From: Octopus sinensis
Lineage: Eukaryota
Length of the DNA stretch: 64,000 nucleotides
Reading direction: 5' to 3'
NCBI RefSeq assembly: GCF_006345805.1
Contig: NC_043001.1
Coordinates: forward strand, 91,574,001 to 91,638,000
The first letter of the stretch is position 1; each line of letters starts with the position of its first letter. Below the pieces are notes generated by a model that ran no database searches, was not told where the DNA came from, and saw only the letters and a list, made by a program, of their open reading frames with translations. Made by a program: the position numbers and the translations under genes. Below, piece by piece: positions 37,485 through 50,375 of the stretch.

Positions 37485-37539
37485 TTGCATGAGGTTAATA
37501 CAAAGATAAGTTCCAGGTGTCTTCCGTTAGGTATGCTTT

Positions 37540-37900
37540 TTTTATTACTCTTACTCTTTACTCTTTTACTTGTTTTAGTCGTGTGACTGTGGCAATGCTG
37601 GAGCACCGCCTTTAGTCGAGCACATCGACCCCAGGACTTATTCTTTGTAAGCCTAGTACTTATTCGATCGGTCTCAAACAAATCACCATCGGTTGTCAAG
37701 CAATGTTGGGGGGGGGGGGCAAACACGAACACACACACATATATACATATATACGACGGACTTCTCTCAGTTTCCGTCTACTATATCCACTCACAAGGCT
37801 ATAGTAGTAGACACTTGCCCAAGGTGCCACGCAGTAGGACTGAACCCGGAACCATGTGCTTCGTAAGCAAGCTACTTACCACACAACCACTCCTACGCTT
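37540..37900 (-). mobile_element. SINE family A
   Basis: Reverse complement of head and 3' half; further copies at ~38570-38935(+), 40015-40345(-), 43575-44345(+), 46790-46985(+), 48430-48600(-), 51800-51991(-), 57080-57240(-), 59590-59800(-), 61820-62010(-), 63470-63660(+). Confidence 0.85.
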
Positions 37901-38966
37901 TTGTTTTGTGACATTGTTTTGTCACAAATGCTTCGATACTCACAATAAAAACTGCTAGAACAAGCATGGCAAAGACCTTTATCTTGCTCTAACAATTTTG
38001 CAAATCTGCAGTCCTAGACAGGTATTATATGTTATGAAAATCAAAGAGAAGAGAGAAGAACGACTAAGTTAACTTCGGTATGATTCGATCTCAGTTCGTA
38101 AAGATCCAAAGAAAATGCTGCAGAGTATTTTGTCCAACTTATTATCAAATCCTCCACCATAATCTAATTACATTATGAGTAACTTGAGACCTCAGTTGGA
38201 ATTGAACTCAGAACGTAAAGAGCAAGAACAAATACTACAAAGCATTTGTCCAACGGTCATGCACTCTACCTATTTCTACCAAGCTGGCAAAGATGGAATG
38301 GTGTTGATATATAGTCCTCTTTCTGCCACAATAAGACCACTGAAATTTAATATTTTCATTACTGTTAATGCTTAGTCTATGTCAGTTAGGATCCTGCAAA
38401 ACTACGAGCAAAAACATTCTGTCCTTGATCATGCTATTTTTTATGCGTTTTAAGGACATTATCCAATGTGTCCTTACACACTTTCACCCCTTAGCATTCA
38501 GATTACTTTATAATACTTATTTATTTACATTGTTTTGAATCTATGCTGCATTACTTTGTAGCTTTGTGTGACACCTTGGGCAAGTGTCTCCTACTATAGC
38601 CCCAGGCCGACCAAAGCCTTGTGAATGGATTTGATAGACGGAAACTGAAAGAAGTCCGTCGTATATATGTACATATATATACCTATATGTGTGTGTCTTT
38701 GAGTTTCTGTTTGTTCCCCCACCACTCCACCACAGCTTGACAATGGGTACCGGTGTGTTTACGTCCACGGAACTTAGCAGTTCGGCAAAAGAAACACATA
38801 GAATAAGTACCAGGCTTATAAAGAAGTAAGTACTGGGGGTCAATGCATTCGACTAAGAATTCTTCAAGGCGGTGTTCCAACTTGACCGCAGATAAATGAC
38901 TGAAACAATAAAAGAATAAAAGAATAAAAGAACATATATATGTATGTATTATATATATATATTATA

Positions 38967-39013
<47 letters not shown>

Positions 39014-41059
39014 TGTACGTATGTATACTAAATGTGACGTGCTTTCAGCTTCCGTCTTTTCCTGAGGATATCCGTTTGGAATGTGTAGGCCGAACTTATG
39101 GGAGAGGGGCATGTAAAAGCCTCTAAACTTGTTGTCGTATCCAACTGGCTGACAGGTGCCGACTGGATTTCACGAAAGGGCAAAAGCGGAAAGGCGTAGC
39201 TCATAACTACCCACTCTCTCTGTCTCCCTCTCTGTCCTTCTATCTCTGTCTCTTCATCTCTGTCTACCCCTCTTACTCTTTTCTCTCCCCTTCTTTCTTA
39301 CTCTTTTCTCTCCCCTTCTTTCTTACTCTCACTCTGTGTCTAAGCCTTCGAAACTGTTGTGAAGTAAGAAGGATATTATTCTCAAAATTGGAGATCTGAG
39401 GCCTGATCTGGAAGTTTGTAGCAGAGAGTAACTCCTCTAAAGGAACCGAGGGACCAAGAGGTAGTATTAAACCGAGTGAAGGACCAGGAACGTTACCACT
39501 GATGAACTTCCACGCCGCTTCTTCCGACCAAATTTCACAGTCAAAGTGGTTGAATGACCCTAGACTATGGTAGGCAGCACTTACACAAAACGCCACCTTG
39601 TGGAAGTCGAACCAGCAACAACGTGGTTGCTGGCGAGATTTCTTAACTAAATAAGTGGTTATGGTAGTGATGGATCTCTGTGGCTGAGAATTCCATGGTC
39701 ATGTGTACCTTTAACGACATTTTCAGACAGAATCAGCGAAACACAGTGTGTCAACCCAAGGGAATAGAAAATGACGTTTGACCAAGGTGCCACGCTGTAG
39801 GATCGAACACAAGTTCTTTAGAACTATACTATTGCTGCTTCCTGGAGCAAGCTGCATTGATAATACTAGTGACCGCCTAGGTTAATTTTGGCCCATGCTG
39901 CAGCATATATTCTTTTTACGTTATCCATGCTTGCTTTTGCCACGTCACACCGAAGTGGTTTACGGTGTCGATATGGATATATTTGGGACCAATGCGGATC
40001 TTCGTGGTTTTTGTCAGTTTTACTCTTTTACTTGTTTCAGTCATTTGATTGCGGCCATGCTGGAGCACCGCCTTAAGTCGGGCAAATCGACCCCACCAGG
40101 ACTTATTCTTTGTAAGCCTAGTATTTATTCTATCAGTCTCTTTTGCCGAACCGCTAAGTTACGGGGATGTAAACAAACCACCATCGGTTGTCACGTGATG
40201 TTGGGGCGACAAACACAGACACACAAACATATACACACACACACACACATATATATATACATATATACGACAGGCTTCTTTTAGTTTCCGTCTACCAAAT
40301 CCACTCACAAGGCTTTGGTCGAGCCGAGGCTATAGTAGAAGACAAAAGCGTTACAGGTGTTCAAAGTTTGATTATTTTCAGAATTTTCAGCCAATCAGAA
40401 AACAGCGTGTTCGCTGCCTCCTCCATCATCGGGGTAGGGGTGTGGGGATCAGCATGTCAAAACATTAAACTAGCTACTGTAAACAGGGAAAAACATGAAA
40501 ATATTCGCGAGCAAATTAAATATTTAAAAGCTACGAACAAACCAACGGGAGTTGCTAGAAATAACAGTCAAGACATTGTTTAAAAAAATTGAAGAACGGA
40601 AGTTTGCAATACACTCTAGGTATCTCCTCCTCCTCATAAATTCACAAAGAGTCAGCCATGGAACGGTGTGTCCCACACTGGCATTTGCTATTTCTTGTGC
40701 GCATACGCAGCATCTTTGGTTAGTATGGAAACAGAGTTCTTCGCCACGGTGATGTGTAAAATACTTGCTTCGGACTGGTTAATATACTCAAATTTTGCAA
40801 ATTTTAAAGGCTAATAGCGTTTTAATTATGGACTTATAGGAAAAATGAATTCCATTTTCATAAGTAGTATACAATGCTTAATCCATATACCAAATTTGAA
40901 AACAATTGAAACAAAATTGTAAGCAGTGACGAAAACCACAAAGATCCACCAATGCAAATAACTATACACCTCATCAGCAACTGTCTTTGCCTTTTGTTAC
41001 AATATTATCAGTGCTGGATTAACCCATTAAACAAAATAAGCACGTGCTTAGAATATTGA

Positions 41060-41390
41060 AGGTGCATGGCTCAATGGTTAGAACGTCGAGCTTACGATCG
41101 TGAGGTTGTGAGTTCGAATCCCGGACCGGGCTGCGTGTTGTGTTCTTGAGCAAGACACTTTATTGCACGTTGCTCCAGTTAACTCAGCTGTAGAAATGAG
41201 ATGCGACGTTACATGTGCCAAGCTGTATCGGCCTTTGCCTTTCCCTTGGATAACACTGGTGGCGTGGAGAGGGGAGGCTGGTATACATGGGCGACTGCTG
41301 GTCTTTTATAAACAACCTTGCTCGCACTTGTGCCTGGGAGGGTAATTTTCTGGGTGCAATCCCATGGTCAGTCATGACCGAAGGGGGTCT
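41060..41390 (+). mobile_element. tRNA-derived SINE, family C, full length
   Basis: TGGCTCAATGGTTAG (A box), GAGTTCGAATCCC (B box), central CTTGAGCAAGACACTTTA and CTCAGCTGTAGAAATGAG, 3' GTCATGACCGAAGGGGGTCT. Confidence 0.88.
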
Positions 41391-41614
41391 CAGCTTAAGG
41401 CATCAGAGGATGGGGGTACTACAGAAATGAAAATGGTTTACGGCACGAAGGAAATCGCTTGCTAAAATATTCATAATGCCTTATCTCTACTAAGTGTAGA
41501 AGCAAAAGTTTTATGTAAAATTAATTTTAACGATATTATCGAACAGTTTGCAATTTTAAAAAAGACGAAGGAAAATCCTTTTCAAATATAAATAAAGTGA
41601 AGCATACAAAAGTA

Positions 41615-41835
41615 AGTGGAGGCGCAGGGTATCAGCATCATGATCGTAAGATTGTGCTTTCGATTCCTGAACGGGGCGACGCGTTGTGTTCTTGAGCAAA
41701 ACACTTCATTTCACGTTGCTCCAGTCCACTCAGCTGGCAAAAGTGCGTAACACTACGATGGACTGGCTGGGGAGCACATACGCCATAGAAACTGGGAAAC
41801 CGGGTCCATGAGCCTGGCTAGGCTTTAAAAAGGCG
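41615..41835 (+). mobile_element. tRNA-derived SINE, chimeric (C-like centre, D-like 3' end)
   Basis: GTGTTCTTGAGCAAAACACTTCATTTCACGTTGCTCCAG (family C) then GATGGACTGG...GAAACTGGGAAACCGG...ATGAGCC (family D-like). Confidence 0.7.
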
Positions 41836-42795
41836 CATTTATTTTTTTATACAAATGTAAACATTGTTTTCCATATTACTGTCAATTTTCTTTCATTTTG
41901 AAAAAAAAAAATATTTACATATACTTGAAGGCACCAAAGCCTTTCGCGTGCTTAGGGCCTCTATGGGTCTTAATCCGACCCTGAATATTATAATCCCTGC
42001 TGCTGTTGCTGTTGTTGCTGTGTCGTAATGGCGATTCTATCAGCTTGACTAAGATCAAAGTTCAGTTTTCAACCATGTGTTCTTTTTTTTTTTTAAATCT
42101 CTTGTCGTTGTTGTCCAGTCGATAATTAAGTAAAGAAGTGAAAACAAAAAAGAAAAATAGAAACAAAATTAAGCAACACGTGGTTATGTGATACGTTTGG
42201 TTGAAAAATAAAAAATAATAAATACATCACACACACACACGATAAATAAAAACAAAACAAAATACAAAGAAAAAAATGCTTGTCCAGCGGAGTTAGGGTA
42301 GGGTAGTTATAAAAGTCAATGCTAATGTATAGGCCACAAAGGAAGGAGACACGTAAGCCGCGTGACTATCCTACAAGAGATTACTCAGTAAAACAGACTC
42401 GAGAGACGGGGTGGGTGGACCGAGGTGCTTTTGACCTGGCTCGCAGAGGTCAAATGCTGGGGAGAGTTAGCGGAATGGCTTTTCTTTTAAAAGTGTATTT
42501 GTGTTTATTTAATGGTTTAATTATTTATATACTTTGCGTAACATCTGCACATCAAGAGGATGTAGTTTTGAATGTTTGAGAAACAAAAGCTTCAAGAGTT
42601 TAGCGTTATATTTTAATTACGTATATTTTATAATGGAGTGATTTTTCTTTTTTTTTATTCTTTCTTTTTGTTTTTTGTTTTTTTAAGTGTGTGAGGTGCT
42701 GCTAATGTGCTTTCTCTTCTGTATGTGGGTATATGCATGTATGTACTTGTTTGTATAATTAGATAAGTGTAGAAATGTTTCGGTTTATGGTGTTC

Positions 42796-42830
<35 letters not shown>

Positions 42831-44731
42831 TGTATTACTCACCTCCACTAAACCCGTTATTGAAGACACCGCTCCCACCGTTAATACTAGCAGTACTAAC
42901 ATTTCTGTCACCACCACCACCAGTACCACCACCAACATCACCACCAGCACCAGCACCAGCACCATCTATGACAACAACAACAAATACTTTATCGCCACCG
43001 GTACCCCCACCACTATCACCAATATCACCACCACCACTACCACCACCACTACCACCACCATCATAAATCCTCAAATAATGCTGTCGTTCTAGCCACTGAA
43101 GGAGCCTGTACGTGTTGCTAGATGTAGTGGAAATAGCAACCAAAACTCACTCAAATGAAATCCTACCATCTTTGAAAAGATCACATTGAATATAGTATCA
43201 TCGTGGGTTCCCTGCGTTATATCACGCGATGGTCACGTTTGGAATCCTTTTGATCATAAGCTAGTGCGATAACATTTGACCTGGGTAAACACCAACATCG
43301 ACATTATAAATTTCTTATCATGAAAGCTTCTACGTGCTCATCCAACCTGCTAGATATAGTAGCCATGCCTTCATGCACCACACCCACCACATTAGAACAT
43401 GGAAAACATACATAAGAGTGGAGTCCTAGACACCCTTAAAAAATAGGATGCTCATGGGTGGAATGGTTTTGATCATAAGGTCTACTACAGCACTACCAAA
43501 TGTTATCAATACTATTAGTACTAGCAGCGATAACGTAACCACTCAGGTCATCACCATCAAAATAAAGCATAGGACTAGGTGTGGCTGTGTGGTAAGAAGT
43601 TTGTTTCCCAACCACATGGTTCTGGGGTCAGTCCCACTACTTGGCACCTTGGGCAATACTATAGCCTCGGGTCGACCAAAGCCTTGTGAGTGGATTTGGT
43701 ATAGCTCGTTGGGTGTCTTCTACTATAACCTCAGGCTGACCGAAGCTTTATGAGTGGATCTGGTAGGGGGAAACTGAAAGAAGCCCATCGTATGTGTGTG
43801 AGTGAGAGTGAATGTGCGTGTGTGAGTGTGTGAGAGAGTTTGTGTGTGTGTGTTTGTGTGTTTGTGTATTTCGGCCTGTGTTTGTACCCCATCATCGCTT
43901 GACAACTTAGCAGTCGGACATAAGTAACTAAGTGGCTGTGTGGTAAGTAGCTTGCTTACCAACCACATACTTCCGGGTTCAGTCCCACTGCGTTGTTCCT
44001 TGGGCAAGTCTCTTCTACTATAGCTTCGGGCCGACCAAAGCCTTGTGAGTGGATTTGGTAGACGGAAACTGAAAGAAGATCGTCGTATATATGCATATGT
44101 ATATATATGTGTGTGTGTTTGTGTGTCTCGGTTTGTCCCCTCCCCACCAACATCGCTTGACAACCGATGGTGGTTTGTTTACGTCCCCGTAACTTAGCAG
44201 TTCGGCAAAAGAGACCGATAGAATATGTATAAGGCTTACAAAGAATAAGTCCTGGGGTCGATTTCCTGGACTAAAGGCGGTGCTCCAGCATGGCTGCAGT
44301 CAAATGATTGAAACAAGTAAAAGAGTAAAAGAGTAAATGAATAAGTATCAGGTTTTAAAAAAAAAAAATTGTGGGGTCAATTCATTCAATTAAAAATTCT
44401 TCAAGTGGTGCCCCAGCATGGCCGCAGTCTAATCACTGAAAATACTAAAACATAAATGATAAAACACAATACTAGGACAACAACCAACACGCTGTTATTA
44501 CTAACACCTGCACAATTAAATTACAGACAGCAGAAAATAACCAGCGCTGACACCATCAAACGGTTAATAACAAATGTGTCATCATTTCAGCCAACACAAG
44601 CATATTCAAACCCGTCAACAATACTACTAATGCCACCGCTGTTGTGATTGTCGCCGCCACCATTTCTCTCTCACAAGACCTCTACAACACTCAAATCACA
44701 TTTAAGATGTGTGTGTATGTGTGTTATATTC

Positions 44732-44961
44732 TATATGCAATATATAATAGAGTAGTATTATATCATTTGTACAATTCCCTTGTGTTGACCAAACGTGGGT
44801 GTTTATGTGTGATCTAAGAGAGATTGCATATCGTTCTGATGAGAGTAAAGAAATCAAAATGATATGCAGCTTCACTTAGATTACATTTAAACACCCACGT
44901 CTGAACAACACAAGGGAACAGTACAAACGATATAATACTGTTCTGTTATATATTACATATA
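44732..44961. repeat. Old diverged hairpin (87-bp arms, 56-bp spacer), MITE-like
   Basis: 44732-44818 is roughly 85% identical (by eye) to the reverse complement of 44875-44961. Confidence 0.7.
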
Positions 44962-44973
44962 ACACACACACAC

Positions 44974-45040
<67 letters not shown>

Positions 45041-45266
45041 CACATACACATATATATTATATTACGGTATGGTACAGCACCCACGTAATGTAAAGGGTAT
45101 ATAAATAATGAGAAAAAGAAAAAAACATGGACACGAACTTCATAAACTATTACTCAGAGTTTCACGAAACTGATCATCCGTGAAATCATTTCAGCTGTAA
45201 CACACACAAGCGCACGTACACACATAAATACATACACACACACACACTCTATCTCACACACGCACT

Positions 45267-45305
<39 letters not shown>

Positions 45306-45502
45306 TATATGTGTATGTATATATATTTATATCAATAGACGTAGGAGTAGCTGTATGGTAAGTAGCTTGCTTACTAACCACATAGTTCCGGGTTCAGTCC
45401 CACTGCGTGGAACTTTTGGCAAGTGTCTTCTACTATAGCCTATGGCCGACCAAAGCATTGTGAGTGGATTTGGTAGACGGAAACTGAAAGAAGCCCGTCG
45501 GG

Positions 45503-45562
<60 letters not shown>

Positions 45563-45749
45563 CCCGACGGGCTTCTTTCAGTTTCCGTCTACCAATCCAC
45601 TCACAATGCTTTGGTCGGCCATAGGCTATAGTAGAAGACACTTGCCAAAAGTTCCACGCAGTGGGACTGAACCCGGAACTATGTGGTTAGTAAGCAAGCT
45701 ACTTACCATACAGCTACTCCTACGCGTCTATTGATATAAATATATATAC

Positions 45750-45793
<44 letters not shown>

Positions 45794-46018
45794 AGTGCGT
45801 GTGTGAGATAGAGTGTGTGTGTGTGTATGTATTTATGTGTGTACGTGCGCTTGTGTGTGTTACAGCTGAAATGATTTCACGGATGATCAGTTCCGTGAAC
45901 TCTGAGTAATAGTTTATGAAGTTCGTGTCCATGTTTTTTTCTTTTTCTCATTATTTATATACCCTTTACATTACGTGGGTGCTGTACCATACCGTAATAT
46001 AATATATATGTGTATGTG

Positions 46019-46087
<69 letters not shown>

Positions 46088-46242
46088 GTGTGTGTGTGTT
46101 ATATGTAATATATAACAGAACAGTATTATATCGTTTGTACTGTTCCCTTGTGTTGTTCAGACGTGGGTGTTTAAATGTAATCTAAGTGAAGCTGCATATC
46201 ATTTTGATTTCTTTACTCTCATCAGAACGATATGCAATCTCT
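44819..46242. repeat. Near-perfect 1.42-kb palindrome centred on (TA)n at ~45532
   Basis: Arms of ~710 bp, spacer-free; few differences (microsatellite lengths, 1-2 nt indels). Confidence 0.95.
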
Positions 46243-46710
46243 GTACTTTTGTACATGTATTTTTATTTTTGCAGTTTTATTGTTTGTCTATGCCAGAAAA
46301 AAGGCTTTTTCGTTCGTCCTCTTGTGTTTGTTTTTGTACATGTATTTTAATTTTGCAGTCTTATTGTTACGTCTTGTTTGTGTTCGTACTCATTGTGCCC
46401 CGCTGCTTGAAATTTTATTTTAATTCTCTCGCAGGAAGGCCTATTGGATTAGTGTTCTGTTATGCCTTCGAAACATGCCTGACTCCTCTAGCGACAGCTG
46501 ATGACGGGGTTTTGTCCTTGTGTAACCTGTCCTGTATTTGTTTTTTTCGTTTTCCGTTTTCTTGGTTTGTTTTTTTGGCTTTTTTCCGTTTCTACGTCTT
46601 ATTGTGATGTCCTGTACTTCCGTATAATTATTTATATATGCATGTATATATACATGTAGATGTAGGTACGTACATATATGTTTGTATGTATGCATATATT
46701 TTATTTATCT

Positions 46711-46787
<77 letters not shown>

Positions 46788-46902
46788 TTGTGTTTGTCCC
46801 ACCAACATCGCTTGACAACCGATGTTGGTGTGTTTACGTCCCCGTAACTTAGCGGTTCGGCAATAGATCCCGATAGAATAAGTACTAGGCTTACAAAGAA
46901 TA

Positions 46903-46992
46903 AGTCCTGGGGTCGATTTGTTCGACTAAAGATGGTGCTCCAGCATGGCCACAGTCAAATGACTGAAACAAAAGACTAAAGAGTATACCTAT

Positions 46993-47065
<73 letters not shown>

Positions 47066-47174
47066 GAGAGAGAGAGAGAGATTGATAGGTATACTCTTTA
47101 GTCTTTTGTTTCAGTCATTTGACTGTGGCCATGCTGGAGCACCGTCTTTAGTCGAACAAATCGACCCCAGGACT
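46903..47174. repeat. Palindrome centred on (TA)n at ~47045
   Basis: AGTCCTGGGGTCGATTTG...CAAATCGACCCCAGGACT; one substitution plus a (CT)n length difference. Confidence 0.93.
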
Positions 47175-47414
47175 CAGCTGTATTGGCCTGCTCGCCAAAC
47201 AAGCGAGGGTGCATCATTCGAAAGCAAAAACGATGCAAAGTGTATTGTGACCAGCGATACACAACAACATTCGACAATCTGGTCGATCACGCGCTATATA
47301 TAAACATTGTCGAATGTTGTTGTGTATCGCTGGTCACAATACACTTTGCATCGTTTTTGCTTTCGAATGATGCACCCTCGCTTGTTTGGCGAGCAGGCCA
47401 ATACAGCTGAGTCC
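47170..47414. repeat. Perfect inverted repeat, 109-bp arms with 27-bp spacer
   Basis: 47170-47278 is the reverse complement of 47306-47414; derived from a minus-strand SINE extending to ~47545. Confidence 0.93.
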
Positions 47415-48054
47415 ACTGGAGTAATGGGAAACGAAATTTCTGGCACAAGGACACAGGAAGCAACCGTTCTGGGAATCGAAACCACGATCACCCGTTCATG
47501 TGTGTAACATGCCTAACTACTTAGTCACGCATCTTCACCCGCACACATATGTATATATATGTATGTATGTCAGGTCACTTTCGAGTGCTACAGGTAACAT
47601 GTAACCCAGTACAACCTGTTGCATGGACACCCTGCGGGATGAAAAACAAAACCCGTCAAAAGGCAGAGGAACTCTTGAGAGTCAACGGCTATCCAATAAA
47701 TGTCTTAAGGCTGTATTATGCGCAGGGACATAGAAATAATCGGACAGAATACCCGATTGCGCGGTTAAACCATTGGGAGTGAAGGACTCCCAGCCTTTGT
47801 TAGGGCATCCTTCAAGGAGAAGGTAACTCAGGTAATTGGGATAACTCCGACATAAAACCTGCGGCTCAGTGGTTACCGATGATGTTGACTTGTTCTCCTT
47901 TTCGTATTATGGCTGCTGTTGCTTAGTGAGTGGGATTGACTCAGTGCACAGCCTTTCCTCACTTTATAAAAAATCATCTTGCACAAGCATTGCACGTTAA
48001 CAACATTGATTAAGCTTCGTGCAATGGCCATGCTCGATAACGAGGGGGCAGCCA

Positions 48055-48129
<75 letters not shown>

Positions 48130-48131
<2 letters not shown>

Positions 48132-48339
48132 GTGACCACGTGTGTACCGCTGGCGATTTATTTCCACCATCTTCCCTTCCTTGGATCTTTCCTTTTCCTA
48201 TGTTTCTGACGAAGAGCTTCGCTCGAAACGTTAAATCCTCCTTCTTTCTTTCCTTTCTTGAGCGTCCAATAGCACTATACTTGTTCCACGTCCTCGCGTT
48301 GTTGTGTTTTCTTTTTGTGTTTTCATGTTTGGATTAACT
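48130..48339 (+). mobile_element. ~210-bp non-autonomous repeat carrying a hammerhead motif (Penelope-like/retrozyme-like)
   Basis: Embedded in (TA)n on both sides; second copy at 17193-17398. Confidence 0.75.
48202..48236 (+). ncRNA. Putative minimal type I hammerhead ribozyme
   Basis: GTTT-CTGACGA-A-GAGC(TTC)GCTC-GAAA-CGT-T-AAAT: CUGANGA and GAAA core boxes, 4-bp stem II, palindromic ACGU in place of stem III, stem I GUUU/AAAU, predicted GUU cleavage triplet. Confidence 0.65.
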
Positions 48340-48623
48340 ATATATATAATATATATATAATATATATATATATAATATTATATATATATATATATATATA
48401 CATATCTATTTATCTATATCTTTTAATTTCTTACTTGTTTTAGTCATTAGACTGAGGTCATGCTGGATCACCTCGATGAAGAAATTTTAGTCGAATGAAT
48501 CGACCCCAGCACTTATTCCTTTTAAAGCCTAATAGTTATTCTATCCGTCTCTTATGTAAAACCACAAAATTACGAGGGCGGTGATGGGACACAAACATAG
48601 ACACAAACACACACACATATGTA

Positions 48624-49682
48624 CAGGGGGTGGATGGACAAAAATAAGGGAAACACCTTAAAATTTCAAACAAATATATTTTAATATGGGTAGAACTGCT
48701 TTTGGCAGTAATTATAGCTTGAATTCTACGAGGTATAGGACTTGTTCAAAATTTGAATTGTTTCCAAAGGAATTTTTTTCCATTCTTCAGCTAAATCAGT
48801 TCCCAGTTCTTGTGGCGATGATATATGGAGGATATCGACTCCTTACTTGTTTTTCTAAAGTGCACCATAAATGCTCAATAATATTGAAATCTGGGGACTA
48901 TGGTGGCCAGATAATATGTTTAACTCCAGTAGAATGATCTGCATGCCATTCAGTAACAACGTGATCTGTGTGAGTTGGTGCATTATCATCCTGAAAGATT
49001 GAGTTTGCCTCCGGAAACAGTTCCGCAAACATAGGATGAATTTGATCAGATAAAATGCTTAAATAGTCTTGACTATTAATTCTGCCATGAAGAGAATCCA
49101 TTGGGTCGGCGGATTTCCAAGATATAGCCCCCACCACCAATCATCACAGTTCCTCCTCTATGTTTAACAGTTGGAAGAAGGTAGTCTGGGTCAAATGCTT
49201 CTTTTAACTGTCACCACATGTATACTCGGCCGGTGGTCAGAAATAAGGTAAAGAATCATTCGTCCTTGAAAATGACATGCTTCCACTGCTCTAGAGACCA
49301 TTCTGTAGGTTTTTACTGCACTCTAAACGCTTTGCAACGTTTGATTTTGAAAGTAGTGGTTTTCTGATTGCAGCCCTTCCGTGAAATCCGGTTTTGTGTA
49401 GCTTTTGGCAAACAGTTTTTGTGGAAACTGGCTTCTCGAAGTGGTCATTAAGCTCTACAGTAATTTTGGGAGCTGTACTTTTGTAATCCTTTCTAACAAT
49501 TCGCATAAGATTCCGACGGTCTCTATCTGAAAGTTTTGGTTTTCTTCCGGAGTTTTGTTTCGACAAGGAGGTTTTTACCTCTTTCTCAAAGGCTGTCATT
49601 ACTTTCGAGACAGTACTTCTTGATACACCAAACATTTTGATGCTATGATGCTAGGTGTTTCTACTATTTTGTTCAACCCCTG
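48624..49682 (-). mobile_element. Tc1-like transposon with both TIRs and TA TSD; transposase disrupted and 5'-deleted
   Basis: TA|CAGGGGGTGGATGGACAAAAATAAGGGAAACACCT ... AGGTGTTTCTACTATTTTGTTCAACCCCTG|TA; MFGVSRSTVSKVM...GRKPKLS...GFHGRAAIRKPLLS, IFQDDNAPTH, WPP*SPDFNIIEHLW; about 210 bp lost relative to the 57692 copy. Confidence 0.92.
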
Positions 49683-49742
49683 TATATATACATACACAGA
49701 CACAGATGCTCGCGCGCGCACACACACACACACACACACTTT

Positions 49743-49771
<29 letters not shown>

Positions 49772-49776
<5 letters not shown>

Positions 49777-50375
49777 GGAGAAAATTATATTATCAATAGT
49801 AGCAAAGGGTAAAATTAATTAATTAACTAGTAATCAATAATTTCACCAAGTAGAATTCGGCATGAAAAAGGACCATTTCACGGTAAACCTAAGTAATACT
49901 TTATAATTAGGGTTCAGCAAAGATTTGCTTTACCACATACCGAAGTTTAGAAATAGCAGCCAAAGAACCTTAGCTATTTCCTCTACTTTAAAAAGAGACT
50001 CCCGGAAAAAACAAAGTACTCGAAAACAATCCACGAAAATCAATCGATATTTGATTAACCCATGTACGCTTTTCGGAATTAGATCGGCATAAAGAATGTA
50101 GAATTTATGCTTTACCCGAACATTTTCTTCATCAGCATGGGAATTCACAATATTAAATATTAAAAATATTAAATCCGAAGGCACTGGAAGAATTGAATAT
50201 ACCTCTCCAACTAACAGTATCAGACAGATCATATTCAACGTCCAGTACCGCCAAATTCAAAATATACGAATGAGGTTCATCACCATCCCCTGCCCATCCA
50301 CGTGTGTCGTCAAGTAAAAATACTACAGAAAAAATCTGTAGTTTATTATCAGGGAGAAAATTATATTATCGATAA
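49772..50375. mobile_element. Unclassified repeat with terminal direct repeat and an inverted partial copy (possibly Penelope-like)
   Basis: ATCAGGGAGAAAATTATATTATC at 49772 and 50348; 50070-50307 recurs inverted at ~55460-55700 and ~56590-56835. No diagnostic protein motif found. Confidence 0.5.

Noticed and set aside
42290-42480. TATAAAA followed by a GC-richer stretch and an 86-aa ORF
   Set aside because: No homology or splice support; TATA-like words are frequent in this AT-rich DNA.
44836-44866. CTGATGA...GAAA hammerhead-like boxes in the old hairpin spacer (mirrored at ~46200)
   Set aside because: No stem II can form (GAGTAAA), and stem I does not pair next to the core.
46460-46510. 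GAAACATG...CTGATGA, a possible type II hammerhead; related sequence at ~63170-63240
   Set aside because: The required U16.1 is missing, stem I is poor, and the related copy does not support the fold.
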